A DNA stretch of 64,000 bases from contig JAQGDQ010000466.1 in assembly GCA_030141605.1 (NCBI GenBank), positions 1-64,000 of the forward strand, read 5' to 3'. This DNA is from Tubiluchus corallicola. Its lineage: Eukaryota > Animalia > Priapulida. Every line of letters starts with the position of its first letter. Within the stretch, counting starts at the first letter, position 1. This document shows positions 1 to 12,405 of the stretch, in pieces. The position numbers and the translations under genes are program-made. A model generated the notes under the pieces. That model ran no database searches, was not told where the DNA came from, and worked only from the letters and a program-made list of their open reading frames with translations.

Positions 1-413
1 GAAAAAAGTAACGTTGTTGATGACCTGAGCTTAAGACAAATTAATTAACCCCTAGTTACGCCAAGTTTGCATGCTTATCTTACAGACAAACAATTAAACA
101 GATAGTGCAATAATTATCAGTTTATACCTCATTTTCTTAAAAAAATTAACGTTTTGCCAATTTGGTAAATTTTATTACTTCTTATAATTATTATCTTTTG
201 ATATCATATAACTATGAATTGAATATTATTTTAAAACTATTCTAATATGTATGTGACGAAATCTAACATGCAATTATTATTCTTCAAATAAAATAATATG
301 TATCTATAACACTATAACACTATACACTAATAACTTATAAACTGCAAACTTGGCGTAACTAGGGGTTAATTAATTTGTCTTAAGCTCAGGTCATCAACAA
401 CGTTACTTTTTTC
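1..413. repeat. Perfect 71-bp inverted repeat (1-71 / 343-413) around a 271-bp AT-rich spacer; probably the inner part of a foldback/MITE cut by the window edge
   Basis: GAAAAAAGTAACGTTG...CCAAGTTTGCA at 1-71 is the exact reverse complement of 343-413. Confidence 0.9.
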
Positions 414-1789
414 ATGTTGTTTTACATAGATTTTGTTTTGGTTATAGAAAGTGCTCATTTTCGAATTGAATTAAATTTAATGCCTCGGAGGGACAAGGGA
501 TATTAATAGCATATCACATACAAAGTTGTAAAGAGTTAGTCCAAATTGAAGAACAATATTGGTAATGATGAATCTTAATGGTCACACAAATAAAAACGCA
601 CGCTTACAATGCGAAGTGTTTACAACAAAATTATGTTTGAGAGTTAGAAAATATAAAAAAGTATGACAAATATAACAGTCAATTAAAATGAAGAACTAAA
701 TTTATAAGACTTATTTGTAAACAACTGTAAGATTAAATAATATGAACAGATTGCTAAATTTTGAATGAATGTTGCTTTAGATAAAAATTAATTCAAGTAT
801 CATATAGATTCATATTAGGGAATTAAAGTTAATATTAGTATGTTGGTTTCTCATAGTATTTGACGAATTTCATAGAATAAATACATAACATATGATGTTC
901 AGACTGTACAGCTGGAGGAATTGCATTACATACATAAGACACAAGTTCTTTGTTTCCTAGGTATCTGTATACCATCTACTTGAACTTGTGTGATTATACC
1001 AGTGTATTTTCAAGTAAAGTGTCAAGAGTAACCTCTAATTGTCTTTAAACTAATTTTGCATGTTCAGATTTTTTGGTATGACAAAGAATAATCTTGTTTT
1101 ATGCACAATCTAGTGAATCTACTCACTACCCTTAATATCCTGAATTTATTTTTCGTTGGGGTTGTCTAAGAAAATGTTATGCTGTGGTGAATGTCAGAAC
1201 ACATATTTCAAAAGTAATAATTATATTTGGAAAAGTAAGATGTATGATGTCGCTACCAAGCCATACATATGAGTAACGCTAGGACATTAACTCAAGAAGT
1301 AATTCCTACTTTGATAACACATTATTGCATCAATCAAACACAAATTTTACTTTTCTTTGCAATCTATTGTCCAAAATTACCATCACAAACCACACATCCT
1401 TGAAGCAGACACGTTGACAAACAGACAGGCGCACATACAGCTAGACACATAGTTGACCTACACTTGGATCATTAGTTTGGCTGTGAGAATGTACACATAA
1501 CACCCTTTTTGAGAATCAAAAGTGTGAGGAAAACTTAAAAAGAATTTGTTACCAGCCAAAACCAAGTTTACACCAGTGTGTCATTAATAAAGCTTTTTAC
1601 AAACAAAACACAGCAGAAAAAACAACAAATTATTTTACATGAAACAATCGAAAACAAGCTGTGCAAAATGTCAAAAACTGCATTTCCTACAAGCAGTGAA
1701 AGGATTTTTTTTACAGTCAATGCCTGCACTCGTTGCCTCTTCCTCTCTGTTATATACTGACGGAAATATCTGATGTCGTCTGATCTAAT

Positions 1790-2100
1790 GTGCCTCATTG
1801 CACTATAAATACTTTCATTGCGCATATCTGGATCTCAATCCCAGTAATATCGCTTACTGGACAATGTATTATATCTAAGAGAATTGCAATAAAGCACTTC
1901 ATGTCATGTTCATCTATTCCTGGGTCTGTCTTGCTCTTGAACAATTCATATCGTCTGCTTTCTTCAACCAAAAGTTCATAAAATTCATTGCTAAAGATTA
2001 GTTTAAAAAGTTCTTTCCCGAAAATTTGCGATGTTTGACTAAGTTTGGCTCCAAAAACAACGGCTTGTAATTTAGAAACGGCTTATCCTTCCAGGCAGTT
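1790..2100 (-). mobile_element. piggyBac (PGBD-like) transposase relic
   Basis: Manual minus-strand translation ELFKLIFSNEFYELLVEESRRY...DMKCFIAILL / YNTLSSKRYYWD*DPDMRNESIYSAMR resembles the piggyBac transposase region preceding the catalytic core; contains a stop and frameshifts. Confidence 0.65.
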
Positions 2101-3349
2101 AATTCATGCAGCCTCTCAGTTTCCAGCTGGTGATTTTCCATCTCCCTAGCCAGCCCGTTATCCAGTTCGCCACCAAGTCGTTTGCCTTGGCTCAGGACAA
2201 CTTCAACTGGCTACACGCAACTGATTGTGTTTTACATGGATGTTTTATAAGAAATAAACAAGAACTCACCTCTAAGAAGATGCCGTCACTACACAGCTAA
2301 AAAAATGTGACTGCAGCAAAAGCCCCCAAATGCAAGTGGTAGATTGTTTTCTGCGCATTGCTGTCTCATTTTGTCTCGCCATTGTTCTTACGGGCATTGT
2401 GCTTCTTAAAAGTTTACATGAATATCCAAATAGATAATAGTATATGCCAATGTTTGCGTTAATTAATAACAAAATGCAACTACTCTGCTTCCTTACAAAT
2501 CCGAATAACGACAAACCTGTAGCAACTGGCTGTTACAAATAAACAGCTTACTTGCATTCTATTATATATAGCTTTTAGATCTTCCTTTGTTAGATCTTAG
2601 TCTTGTCGCTTAAAGGAGCTTTCAATATGGTTGTTGGTGTCAAGCAATTTAATCTAGCATTGTATAATTATTTGTTTTTTTTCGTAGTTTTACAAACATG
2701 CATTTTCTGAAAGTGTTTAAAACGAAGCCAGCCTTAGTCATGTGACCTAAGCTTTAGTAGTATACGCCACCTATCAATCACAGTTGTTCTTACAAGTAGT
2801 TAGATTTTCTGTTGCCGCTATGCTAATCATGCCGTTTGGTGATACTTGCATTACTTTGTCTATTTTGTTACAATTTAACAGTCACTAGTTGTATTTTCAA
2901 GCGAAAGTTGTCACCAGTAAATGGAAGTCACCATCTACTTTAATAATTAGTTAATAGTTTAGTTAATTGGTTAGAATTGCTTCAAATCTCTAGAATCGTA
3001 AAGTAATAATATGTGCTTCAGTCTTCTTAAATCTAATTTTTTATTTTGTCTAAACCTTTAGCACGTTCTTAAAAACTTTTTGTGATCTGTTATTTTAATA
3101 AATTTCAGGCCTATCGCACAGTTCAATACTGATTTTTGCCGTTTTTTTGCATGGACTGGGCGCATCCACAATGGTGATCACCTTCAATATGGTACCTGAA
3201 TGGGATACAATTTAGGACCTCTATTTCCTAGCAAGAATGTCCTTTAAACAAACTCGTTTCACTTAAGCACCTCTACTTGTTTTTAACATACAAAATGGTT
3301 AAAAAAATCATATAGGTATTATACGAGATCAAAAAAAATAAACAAACTT

Positions 3350-3904
3350 ACCTACTCCGGGACGACAGTTTACGCTTCCCCAGTAAAGAAGTTTTTTTGG
3401 TCGAAATGGAAGCTCTGCCAGGAGTCTCTCCATACAAACAAATACGTCATCATCAACCTTCATTAATTAAGCAATGTTGTATCTTTCAATAGCCCATCCT
3501 ATAATCCACAGTAATCTACATGCATTGTTTAAACCTGATGGGACGTACGTGAATGTTAAATCACCGTAATGAAGTTGTTCATTTTTTAGTTTCTCCATGT
3601 GCAGGTAACTGATATTTTTACCTGAATTATCATATTGATCAGTAAAAAATCTGTAAGCAATATCTCGGTTCATGTGTGAACCATTCAGCCAGGTTTTTCT
3701 GAGATTATTTCTTCTTGTAACTCTGTCTTTGAAAGCGCTGGCTATTGCTATAAAAACTGCATTATTACGCTGCCTTTTCACAATATTTATGTTATTTGAA
3801 ATCTGTAAATTTTCTTCGGAATAGAAAAACAAAATAAAAGTGATGAAAAATATGTTTACAGTTAATAAGATGCGCAATCTGTCCTTTCCTTTAACATTCA
3901 TCAT
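3350..3904 (-). pseudogene. GT31 (beta-1,3-galactosyltransferase-like) type II membrane glycosyltransferase with premature stop
   Basis: N-terminal TM segment, IAIASA...RRNNLRKTWL and EQLHYGDL motifs; TAA at 3467-3469 is followed in frame by LMKVDDDVFVC...LLYWG (GT31 KxDDD motif); sequence degenerates downstream. Confidence 0.8.
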
Positions 3905-4969
3905 TGATAAAAGGAAAAACTGATTCCTCAGTATTTATTATAACTTACAGTCAATGAAGCACCACGAAAGAAAAAAAGTATTGCACTGCATCATTTTTTC
4001 AACTACAACGGCAAGTATGAAAATGTAACAAGACAAACTCAAAGTATAGAGCACATGTTCCCAGCAAAAGCTAACCCTTTCTTTTGTCTTTCACCATAAT
4101 ACAGTCACGGTTTCAACGCATTTCTAATAATGTACCTGATTTTAATGATAATCGGGTCAACAACTAACCATCAGTTTACAAAGAACTTAATCGTGATCAA
4201 AAAACTACTGTTTATATGATCTGCAATGCCTAGGCTGAATCGTAAAATAAACAATTGTTAGTTCACAAGCGTATTACGCAGGGAGGCGGTTATGGGCAGT
4301 TTTATGAAGAAATTTTGAAATAATTGTTAAAGATGGCGGGTTTTCTTCCAATCAAAAATAGCATGCTGTTGCCAATCGTGTTCTGAGTCTATTTTTTCAG
4401 AAATAATTTTTCTTCAACATGAACTTAACCTCATTTTAACCATCAGTATCATTTCTCTCTCTCTTCCTCATTTATGTTAAACACAGGACCCCGCCATATT
4501 GAAAAATGGAACTTTACAACTGATTTATAGGTTGCCGCCTCCTAAAATAGTTGTTCGTACATATTTTCTTAAAGGTTTTGCAAGTTCCTCGTGACACTTG
4601 AATACCAATTGTTCATTGATTTCTATTTGTGGCGTTAGTTTTATATTTAAACTCTGCATTTTGGGGTTCGTGGTTAGTTTCCAGGCTGTTGGTAGGTAAG
4701 ACAGACTATCCTAACCAGTGTTCGTGATATTTGTTAGCTAGTGTGTTGTGGGTAATGGCATCTTTCATCAACTATTTCTTTAGTATTTTTATTTTTTCCA
4801 AGGACTTTTTGTTTTTGTGATGTGAACATAACGATTTCTCGTCGCGTTGTTTTCTCGGATTCAGTCTGCATGCTTTCATGGCTGCAGTCAAAGAAGCTGC
4901 TTGCAAACTTCGTTCAGAATCGAATAGCAGAAATTCGCTAACAAACTGCAACAGAATTTCGTCATGTGC

Positions 4970-5990
4970 CAACAGAACTAAATCTAGCTGATTTAGGCAC
5001 TAAGCATCCAGTGAAACCCCTAAATAAATTTTGGTTTCAAGGACCAGAATTTGTTCAGATTGAATCGTACTGGCCTGTACTCACTTGAACAAATAAATAA
5101 AGAAGTAAAACACGGAAGCTCAGTGCTTTTTGAAACGAGCTGCTTGGCAAAAACTGTACATCATACAGTACATGACTTGTCAGTTTTTGATATAAACGTA
5201 TTTTCGTCTCTTACTCCGCTAATAAACGCAACATGTTGGCTCTATAGAGCAATAGATAGGTGGATGCATAGATCACTTGCAGCGGGTGCGCTTACGGCTG
5301 CTGAAGTTTACAACGTCTAGAATGGATAAAATATATTCAGCATGAAGAGTACTTTCTTCCAGAAGATTCCTTCAACTCTTTGCATCCGTCACTTCGCGAA
5401 TTGCGAACGTTGCAGAGCGAACAGGTCTAGTCGGTTGCTTGAGTAGAGTGAAGAAAATCTGTCCAACACAAGGTGAAAATTTACCTATATTATTGCCCCA
5501 AAACAGTTATTTCACTAAATTGCTAGTAAAACAGTTTCATTGCTCAAACTGCCATGTAGGAACTGCTCAACCCTCGCTTTACTGCTGCAAAGCTATTGGA
5601 TTCCGGCAGGCAGAGCTCTTGTCGAAAACCTGCTCAATCGTTGTACTGTTTTCGCAAAATGGATGGCGGACCATATAAAATGTCTTCTATGGCAGATTTA
5701 CCACCTTACACGATTCCAATGATCAAACCCATTCACTCATATTGGGATAGACTATTTGGCCAAGATATGTACCATTGATTCTTGTAAGCCCAATCTCGAA
5801 AAGGTCTGTTTGTTTGTTTGTCTATTGGTCAGAGCCATTCACATTGAAGTGGTAACTGACTTGAAAATTGAACTTTCATTTTGGCTTTACGACGTTTCAT
5901 TGCCCATCGTGGAACATCAAAAGCAATCATCCGTGACAATGCTAGCCACTTTCATCTCGCAAAGCAGTCGCTATATCTTCTTTATGCAAT
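4970..5990 (+). mobile_element. Degenerate BEL/Pao LTR retrotransposon relic (end of RNase H to integrase)
   Basis: Fragments across several frames: FWFQGPEF, PILLP...H..NCHVG...YWIPAGR...C, MADLP, IGIDY, CLFVCLLVRAIHIEVVTDL, RRFIAHRG, DNASHF. Confidence 0.85.
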
Positions 5991-6701
5991 GTTTAGACAT
6001 GTTTAGTTTAGTTTAAGGTACGGCTGCGTCCTGTTCACAATAAAGATTTTTAAGCCAGCATATTTCTATTTTTAAAGATAATTTTCTCTCTAAGTGTCGA
6101 ATCTAAGACTTTCTACAACTATTTAGATAATTATAGTGAATTAATAGTAGTTGTATAGTGCAATCACTTTAAGTAATAACTCTATAACTGCTGTCACTAG
6201 TCCCCAAAATTTAATATAGATGTTTTTAAAGCTGTATTGTGGTCCTTGGTTTTAATTTTTTCGCTGTAGTGAATCTGTAGTAGTGTGATATTAGAAGATG
6301 CAGAGATTGAATACTTCTGCTTGACATACACAGAAATTAAAATTGCAAACTTGTGTTCCATTTTTTCAGGTTTTGAGTTTTTATCAGTTTTTAAAACATT
6401 AACAGGACTTTGAAAACTCGCTCTTTAATGATAACGCTGTTATTATACCTTACACATGTGTGTGCCACAATCTACAACAGAACCATTATACTTTGCATTA
6501 ATATACTAAAAACTTTATTTCATCAATAGCGCTTATCTGTGCTAGATAAGTGTCACAGAACTTGTGGAAAGCTTGTCATACTTAAAGAGAGTAATAAGTG
6601 TTGGCTTAAAAACTGAAAAGAAATTGTATACTGGTTATTAGGTCACCAGTATACAAACACAAATTTGAAAAAACTGTGAGTCTAACGAAGTCTAACGCTT
6701 A

Positions 6702-7420
6702 ATGAAGAGGATGTTGGAAAACAACATGCTGTCTATCAAGACAAAGTTTCAGGTGTACCAAGCCTGTGTACTGAGCACACTGTTGTACGGGAGCGAGAGC
6801 TGGACTATGTATAGCCATCAAGAAAGCAGGCTCAATGCTTTCCACCTACGTTGCCTCAGAAGAATCCTGGGCAACTCATGGCATAAGCACATAACCAGTA
6901 AGGATGTGCTAGCAAGAACTGGAATCCCTAGCATGTATGCCATACTCACCAACAGACGTCTGCGCTGGCCAGGCCATGTTTCCCGCATGCAGGACGGCAG
7001 ATTGCCCAAGGACATTCTGTAGGGTGAGCTTGCTACTGGCTCCCGACCCACCCGGAGGCCACTGCTCCGCTACAAAGATGTATGTAAACAGGACCACAAT
7101 GCAGGCGTTACACCAGCAAACTACGAGGCGCTTGCGGCAGATTGAAGCAACTGGAAATCTACTGCTAGGACAGCCATTAACAGAGCGGAGAAAACGAGGG
7201 AGACGAAAAAGTGGACAGGTGGATAAAAGGATTTGCAGGCATCAGAAAGATGAACTACCTCACTTGTATGAAACAGCCTTCCAATGTGCAACCTGCAGCT
7301 GGAACTGCTGCTCAAGGATCGGACTGCTCAGCCACAGTCGATGCTGCAGCTCTATCAATTTGATCTTTAACTGACTCTCTTGGCACACAATCCATTGCCT
7401 TCCGAGACAGAAACAACCAG
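6702..7420 (+). mobile_element. 5'-truncated RTE-clade LINE (C-terminus of ORF with C2H2 zinc finger)
   Basis: KTKFQVYQACVLSTLLYGSESW...RRLRWPGHVSRM..GRLPKDIL*GEL..G.RP...LRYKD and C-terminal CATC...SRIGLLSH. Confidence 0.9.
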
Positions 7421-7544
7421 TGTTTTTCATAAAATATGGAAGCTTGCAAATATATGTCGAACTACAGGCCTGTTTCATTGTTGTTATGCATATCTATGGT
7501 TTTAGAATGGGTAGTTTACAACAAATAGCAAAAATTACTTAATT

Positions 7545-7742
7545 GTGGCTAACAAAGTATTAATAGAATGTATTTTGGGCTTTAAAGCTGGTGATAGTAC
7601 AGATAATCAATCACTGCCAATTATGCATAAACTATACAGCAGTTTAGACAATGGAAACGAGATATGTTTTGTCTTCCTAGATATAAGCAAAGCAAAGTCT
7701 GGCATGAGTTTTATTTGTTTAAATTACAATAGTGTGACGTAA
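7545..7742 (+). mobile_element. CR1/L2-type LINE reverse transcriptase fragment
   Basis: GFKAGDSTDNQ...SLDNGNEICFVFLDISKA matches the LINE RT GF..G.ST / FLD.SKA motifs. Confidence 0.75.
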
Positions 7743-8103
7743 GTGTTCATCTAACAGAAGCACCGAGAAACGTGCAAAATAATTCAGAATCACGATAAAT
7801 GGTAAATCAGAATTACCCAATAGTGATATGCCTATGTGGCCTACTAACAAATCTGTTACAGGCTTTGCACTGCATAACTTTGGTAGAATAGGTAGAACAC
7901 ACCAAATATGATAATATCACTACTGAAAGTATTTTAAATAGCACAAACATTCTGTGAGCATGGTGTCGCTGTAATTCTCTTATCTTTCCTGAAAATTATT
8001 CAAACATTGTGTCACGACCCAAACCCGGATCCCAACCACTTGATATTAAATCCGAACTTTTTACCAAACACTCAAAGTTTAAACCAAAATACATATTAAA
8101 TTT

Positions 8104-9055
8104 TCACAAATAATATTCTAGTTTTTTCTGTATAAAGACAATATCTTGACTTAATTCGTCTTCTCGCGGAGGTAACAAAGTTACTTCCATATACAGCATA
8201 GTTTCACCAATAAATGCCCGGATGTTCTCTAACTTTGTCATTATCGCCTCCTGGTTAACATGTTTCCCATCTGTAGTATGATATTCTGTTGTCATTGCAT
8301 CAATTGTTAGTTTATCAATGGGTATTGTTTTTAAAACATCAAGTTCTGCTCCTTCAATATCGAGTGACAAGTAGTCAATGTGATTGTGACCAATGGCTAA
8401 CATTATTGAGCAAAAGGAAAACACTGAACTGTGTGAGTTCTAACATTTTCAGTGCAGTTTAACTTTTTTATCCGTTTTCTATGAACAGGATCCGTGTTAT
8501 TCTCTAACCCGCCTAACAACCCACACATTGTAAACCTTAGTCTTTCAGCCCTCTTACTAGGGCTTAAACAGGCATTGATAGAATAGGCATGCCGTTTCTC
8601 TTTTAGTAATTTATTAAACATTAGTGGGTTTGGTTCAATTAAGAGTCCTGTCCATCCGCGGTTCCTTTCAAAATACAAAGAATTGGAGATTACTCCATCT
8701 GCAGCACCACTTTCCACAAAAAAGCCTTTTCTCTTTTTTCTAAGTAGAATGTCTATAATCGTTGACTGAGACAGTTGTGAAGTATCATTTACTGGGCTTA
8801 AATTAGATTTCCGTGATGGACCAATCAGCCATGAATTTTTAATGTGATTTACTAATACCTGGTCATCTTCAGCTATCCTACCATGTTGAACATCTAGTAC
8901 AATATCAGAGCTAATAACTAAAAACAAAAGCGTACAATATTTGTTATTATCTTGGTTACGTCATCTTGAAAAACATTAATTATGCAAGCAGTTAATGCAA
9001 ACACAGCCACAGCATTAAATGCAACGTTAAATTGTTCACCACGAAATACTCTGTA
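8104..9055 (-). pseudogene. FkbM/Methyltransf_21 (Star-like) methyltransferase pseudogene, paralog of 32695-33648
   Basis: FFVESGAADG, SNSLYFERNRGWTGLLIEPNP and IDYLSLDIEGAE motifs; 1-nt frameshift near 8410 (CFPF|CSIML vs paralog CFPFYSIML) and a second break near 8920 separating a hydrophobic N-terminal segment. Confidence 0.85.
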
Positions 9056-11487
9056 AAATCGAAAAATGGACACAGTTTGATAAAATAACCCAGACTATTA
9101 TTCAACATAACGGGAAAACACGAGTAATCTGCAAAGATGATAAATTTATGGAGCAGTCTTTTCTACCATGATAAAACCTCATTCCAAAACTCATCAATAT
9201 GCTACAAAGCAGTGATGATCTTTGTCGAACATGCATTCCACAAATCTTGTAAAACAATAAAGATTTAACTCGTTTTGATGAAAATGTGTGTCGCGATACG
9301 AGTCTTTTTGAAATATGGAAAATAGGTTGCACCAAAAATTAGTAAGCTTTCGTTTGTGATCAAGATATTTTATGAAACAATCAGTTACAGTTAAAGCATT
9401 ACAAGTTGAAACATACTGAGAAACTGCGTTCAATGCAAAAGACAACGTGCAGCGTTATGTTTGAGCAGTACAACAGAAAACGGCATTCATCTTCATCAAC
9501 ACTGGAATCACTACAAACTCCATTTTCACGATTATAGGTGACCTTACGCATCTACCAGTTTCAACAGCCATTAGCAGTGTTGAAGAATTATCTTTAGTCA
9601 GCAAGTTCATCTTAGTAGTAAAGCTAAAACTTTACTACTGCCAAAAGTTGACAAGTGTAAAATTTCAATATTGATTACTGGTGTTCCTAGAGTACATAAA
9701 GAAGCCTACACAAAAATCCGTGTTAACGGGATTACAAAATGAAGCTGGTCAATGTACCAGACCTAAAACAAATGTTCATATGAGAAACTTTATGTAAGAA
9801 TGGGAGCACAGAAGGTGAATTTCACATTAGTATGCAATGCAACGTTTACTGTCAAGAAACAACTGCGTTCTTGAGTCAAGTATCAGATATCTCTCCAGAA
9901 TTCCCATCCATGTCTGATAAGGATAAGTTTATATTTTTAAAAAAAAGTGGAGATGTGGAAGTTAAGAAATTGTTGATTTACAAAGTTTAAGAATAAAATT
10001 TCAACAATACGTGATTCTAAATTAAGAGGTACTACTATTAATTTATTATTAATGAAAACGATTAATGTGATATATAAGTAGATGAATTTGTTATAAATTG
10101 TGGTATTTTTTAATCAATTGCGTTTCAAAGAGCCCTGTATTTAAACCTGTAAGGACGTGTTCCTGGGTGCGCTGTTTATTTAAGTGTGTGATTTGTTAAT
10201 TGTATTTGTTTTCATGTTTTGTAAAATATAGACAAATTAACAGACAAACACGTGTATTGCGAACTGTAAAAATTGCTTGTACCTTCATACTGTGCTTTGA
10301 ATTTTCTACCTGGTATTGTGCAGTCTACATCATAACTTTCTCTGAGCCAGCATACGTTGCAGCATCAGATGATGATAGCTGTGGCTGTGGTCGCCCACTT
10401 GGTGTGCTCAGGATAGGTACTATGGTGTTGTTTGTTCGATCCACAGTGTAAACAACTCCGAGTGGAGAACAAGCTGTTTGAAATGTTGACAAACAAATGT
10501 TAGCAACTGGAGGCTGTCCTGTCAGTAATTGCCTAAAAAATTGGACACTGGAAAAGTGATCATTCGCTTAACAGAATGCATACATTTCCTTCTAACAGCT
10601 TGTTGAGTGTTAACTTTAAACTTTGCTCTACAGATGAAGCAGACGGATGACCTGCTACTACTATGCCCCCAGGCTTACTCGCCTAGTTACGCAGATGTGG
10701 GATTTGCCGTGGCTCTGCTTTCGGCTTGGGAGTAAAACACTCCTCATCTGTTGCTTCCATGGGTACTTACCATCTATTTTAATGCACTTGCATAACCCCC
10801 TCAATCGCCCAGCTTCTGTAAGAGTCAAAATCAACCCACTGAAACAAATCTCTGTAATTTAGAAGTAACAAGTGGCACAAAGAAACACAAAAAGTTTGGA
10901 CGCATAAAAATACTCACCAAAACCTTTCAAGATATGCTATTCCGAGCAGACTATTCTAATAGGCAGTAGTTAATAAATTGCTCCACGTGATGAATTTTTA
11001 CCGGGCTCCCACCTCCGATTTTGTTGATGAGCCCATTTGTGTCCCCTTGCATGTTATGTTCGTCTTTGTGTAAGAAGATATCATTTCGAAAGTTCTCTAT
11101 GAGACATTTAAAGATATTGACACACTCAAGTAATACCTTGTATCACAACTCGCCACATCACTAGAGACATCTCCACTTTGCATTTTTTTCAGATCAGAAA
11201 GGAGCAACACTATCATCGCCAATGTCTGTAGACTGTAATTGTTAGTGGGCTAGGTGATGTTCCGGAGTGGTAAACATTCATTTTCTCACCACCAAACGTT
11301 TGTATATTTTAGCAAAGTATACTCAATGCATACATACACACTTGTGAGCAAAGTCTTCGGCAAGTGAGTTCAGCAAAGTGAGTTCACAAGTGAGTTCAGC
11401 AAAAAGTTTCGAAATTCGGCGAAATATTTTGCGGTAGCGACTCATCGCTTCCATATTTTTTGACCTGCCAGACGTTTAAAGAAAAAA

Positions 11488-12405
11488 ATGCGTCTTAAAA
11501 TTTTTAGATTTACTTGGTTAGTGTTTGTGGTGCTTCTGATATTGTGCGTGTGCAAATACAAATTTGAAAGTAAAGGTTACTTCCGAAAAGTAAATATGTC
11601 GCACATGTTGGCAACATATCAGGAGACAACAATATTTAAAATAGCAAAAGAAATAACAGCAAAAATCCTTTTAAGTCGTTTTGAACGAGATGCGCTATAT
11701 CGAACCCAGAAAATCAGCCATAGTGCTGTTATTACAGACAGGAAGGTTCTTTCCTACACTAAAGTTATCAGCTTTATTTCGTCAAAGAAAACATTTCCTT
11801 ATACAAGGTCGCTTTCTGTAGCAACTCAAACGTCTTGGGAGTACATGCATAATTTGCTGGATTTGGCTGAAATATTTGATGGACCAATATCTGCTGCCTT
11901 GTACGTTCCAGGGGAAAGCTACGATTTTGCAATTGATAGAATTTTGCTGTACCGGAAATGCAATCGGCGATTTCTGAATTTAGTTACAGTCTCCCTCTTC
12001 TTTCCTTCACACAAAAAACCTTCAATTTCAGGAAACAAAACCGCATCCAAATCAACATGTTACGATATTATGCTGCCTCCTGTTAATGGTCCTGATATGT
12101 CTCAGTATGGGCCATATCCTGTAAACGTTGGTCGAAACACGGCTCGTCAGGCTGTTTATACGGAATACATTTTGCTGTTAGATGTGGAACTCAGGCCTAC
12201 TCCAAACTTAGCAGAAAAGTTTTTCAAAATGTTAGATAGTTCATCTGTTTCTTGTGCCAATTCAGTGGGCTCCAAATTATCTTCATTCAGCAAAACTGTT
12301 TACGTTATACCGCTATTTGAAGTAGCCCTTGATAAACGACTGCCAAACAACAAGTCAGAGTTGCTTGAGTTGCTCAAAAACGAGGAAGCGGTTGTATTTC
12401 ATAAG
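11488..12405 (+). CDS. B4GAT1: B4GAT1-like (GT49) beta-1,4-glucuronyltransferase, coding exon 1
   Basis: N-terminal TM segment; SVATQ, FDGPISAALY, YPVNVGRNTAR, LLLDVELRP and VYVIPLFEV motifs; ends CATAAG|GTAATA, phase-0 donor. Confidence 0.88.

Noticed and set aside
11360-11402. Three copies of AAGTGAGTTCA upstream of the GT49 start as a regulatory array
   Set aside because: Equally explained by local slippage duplication; no independent support for function.
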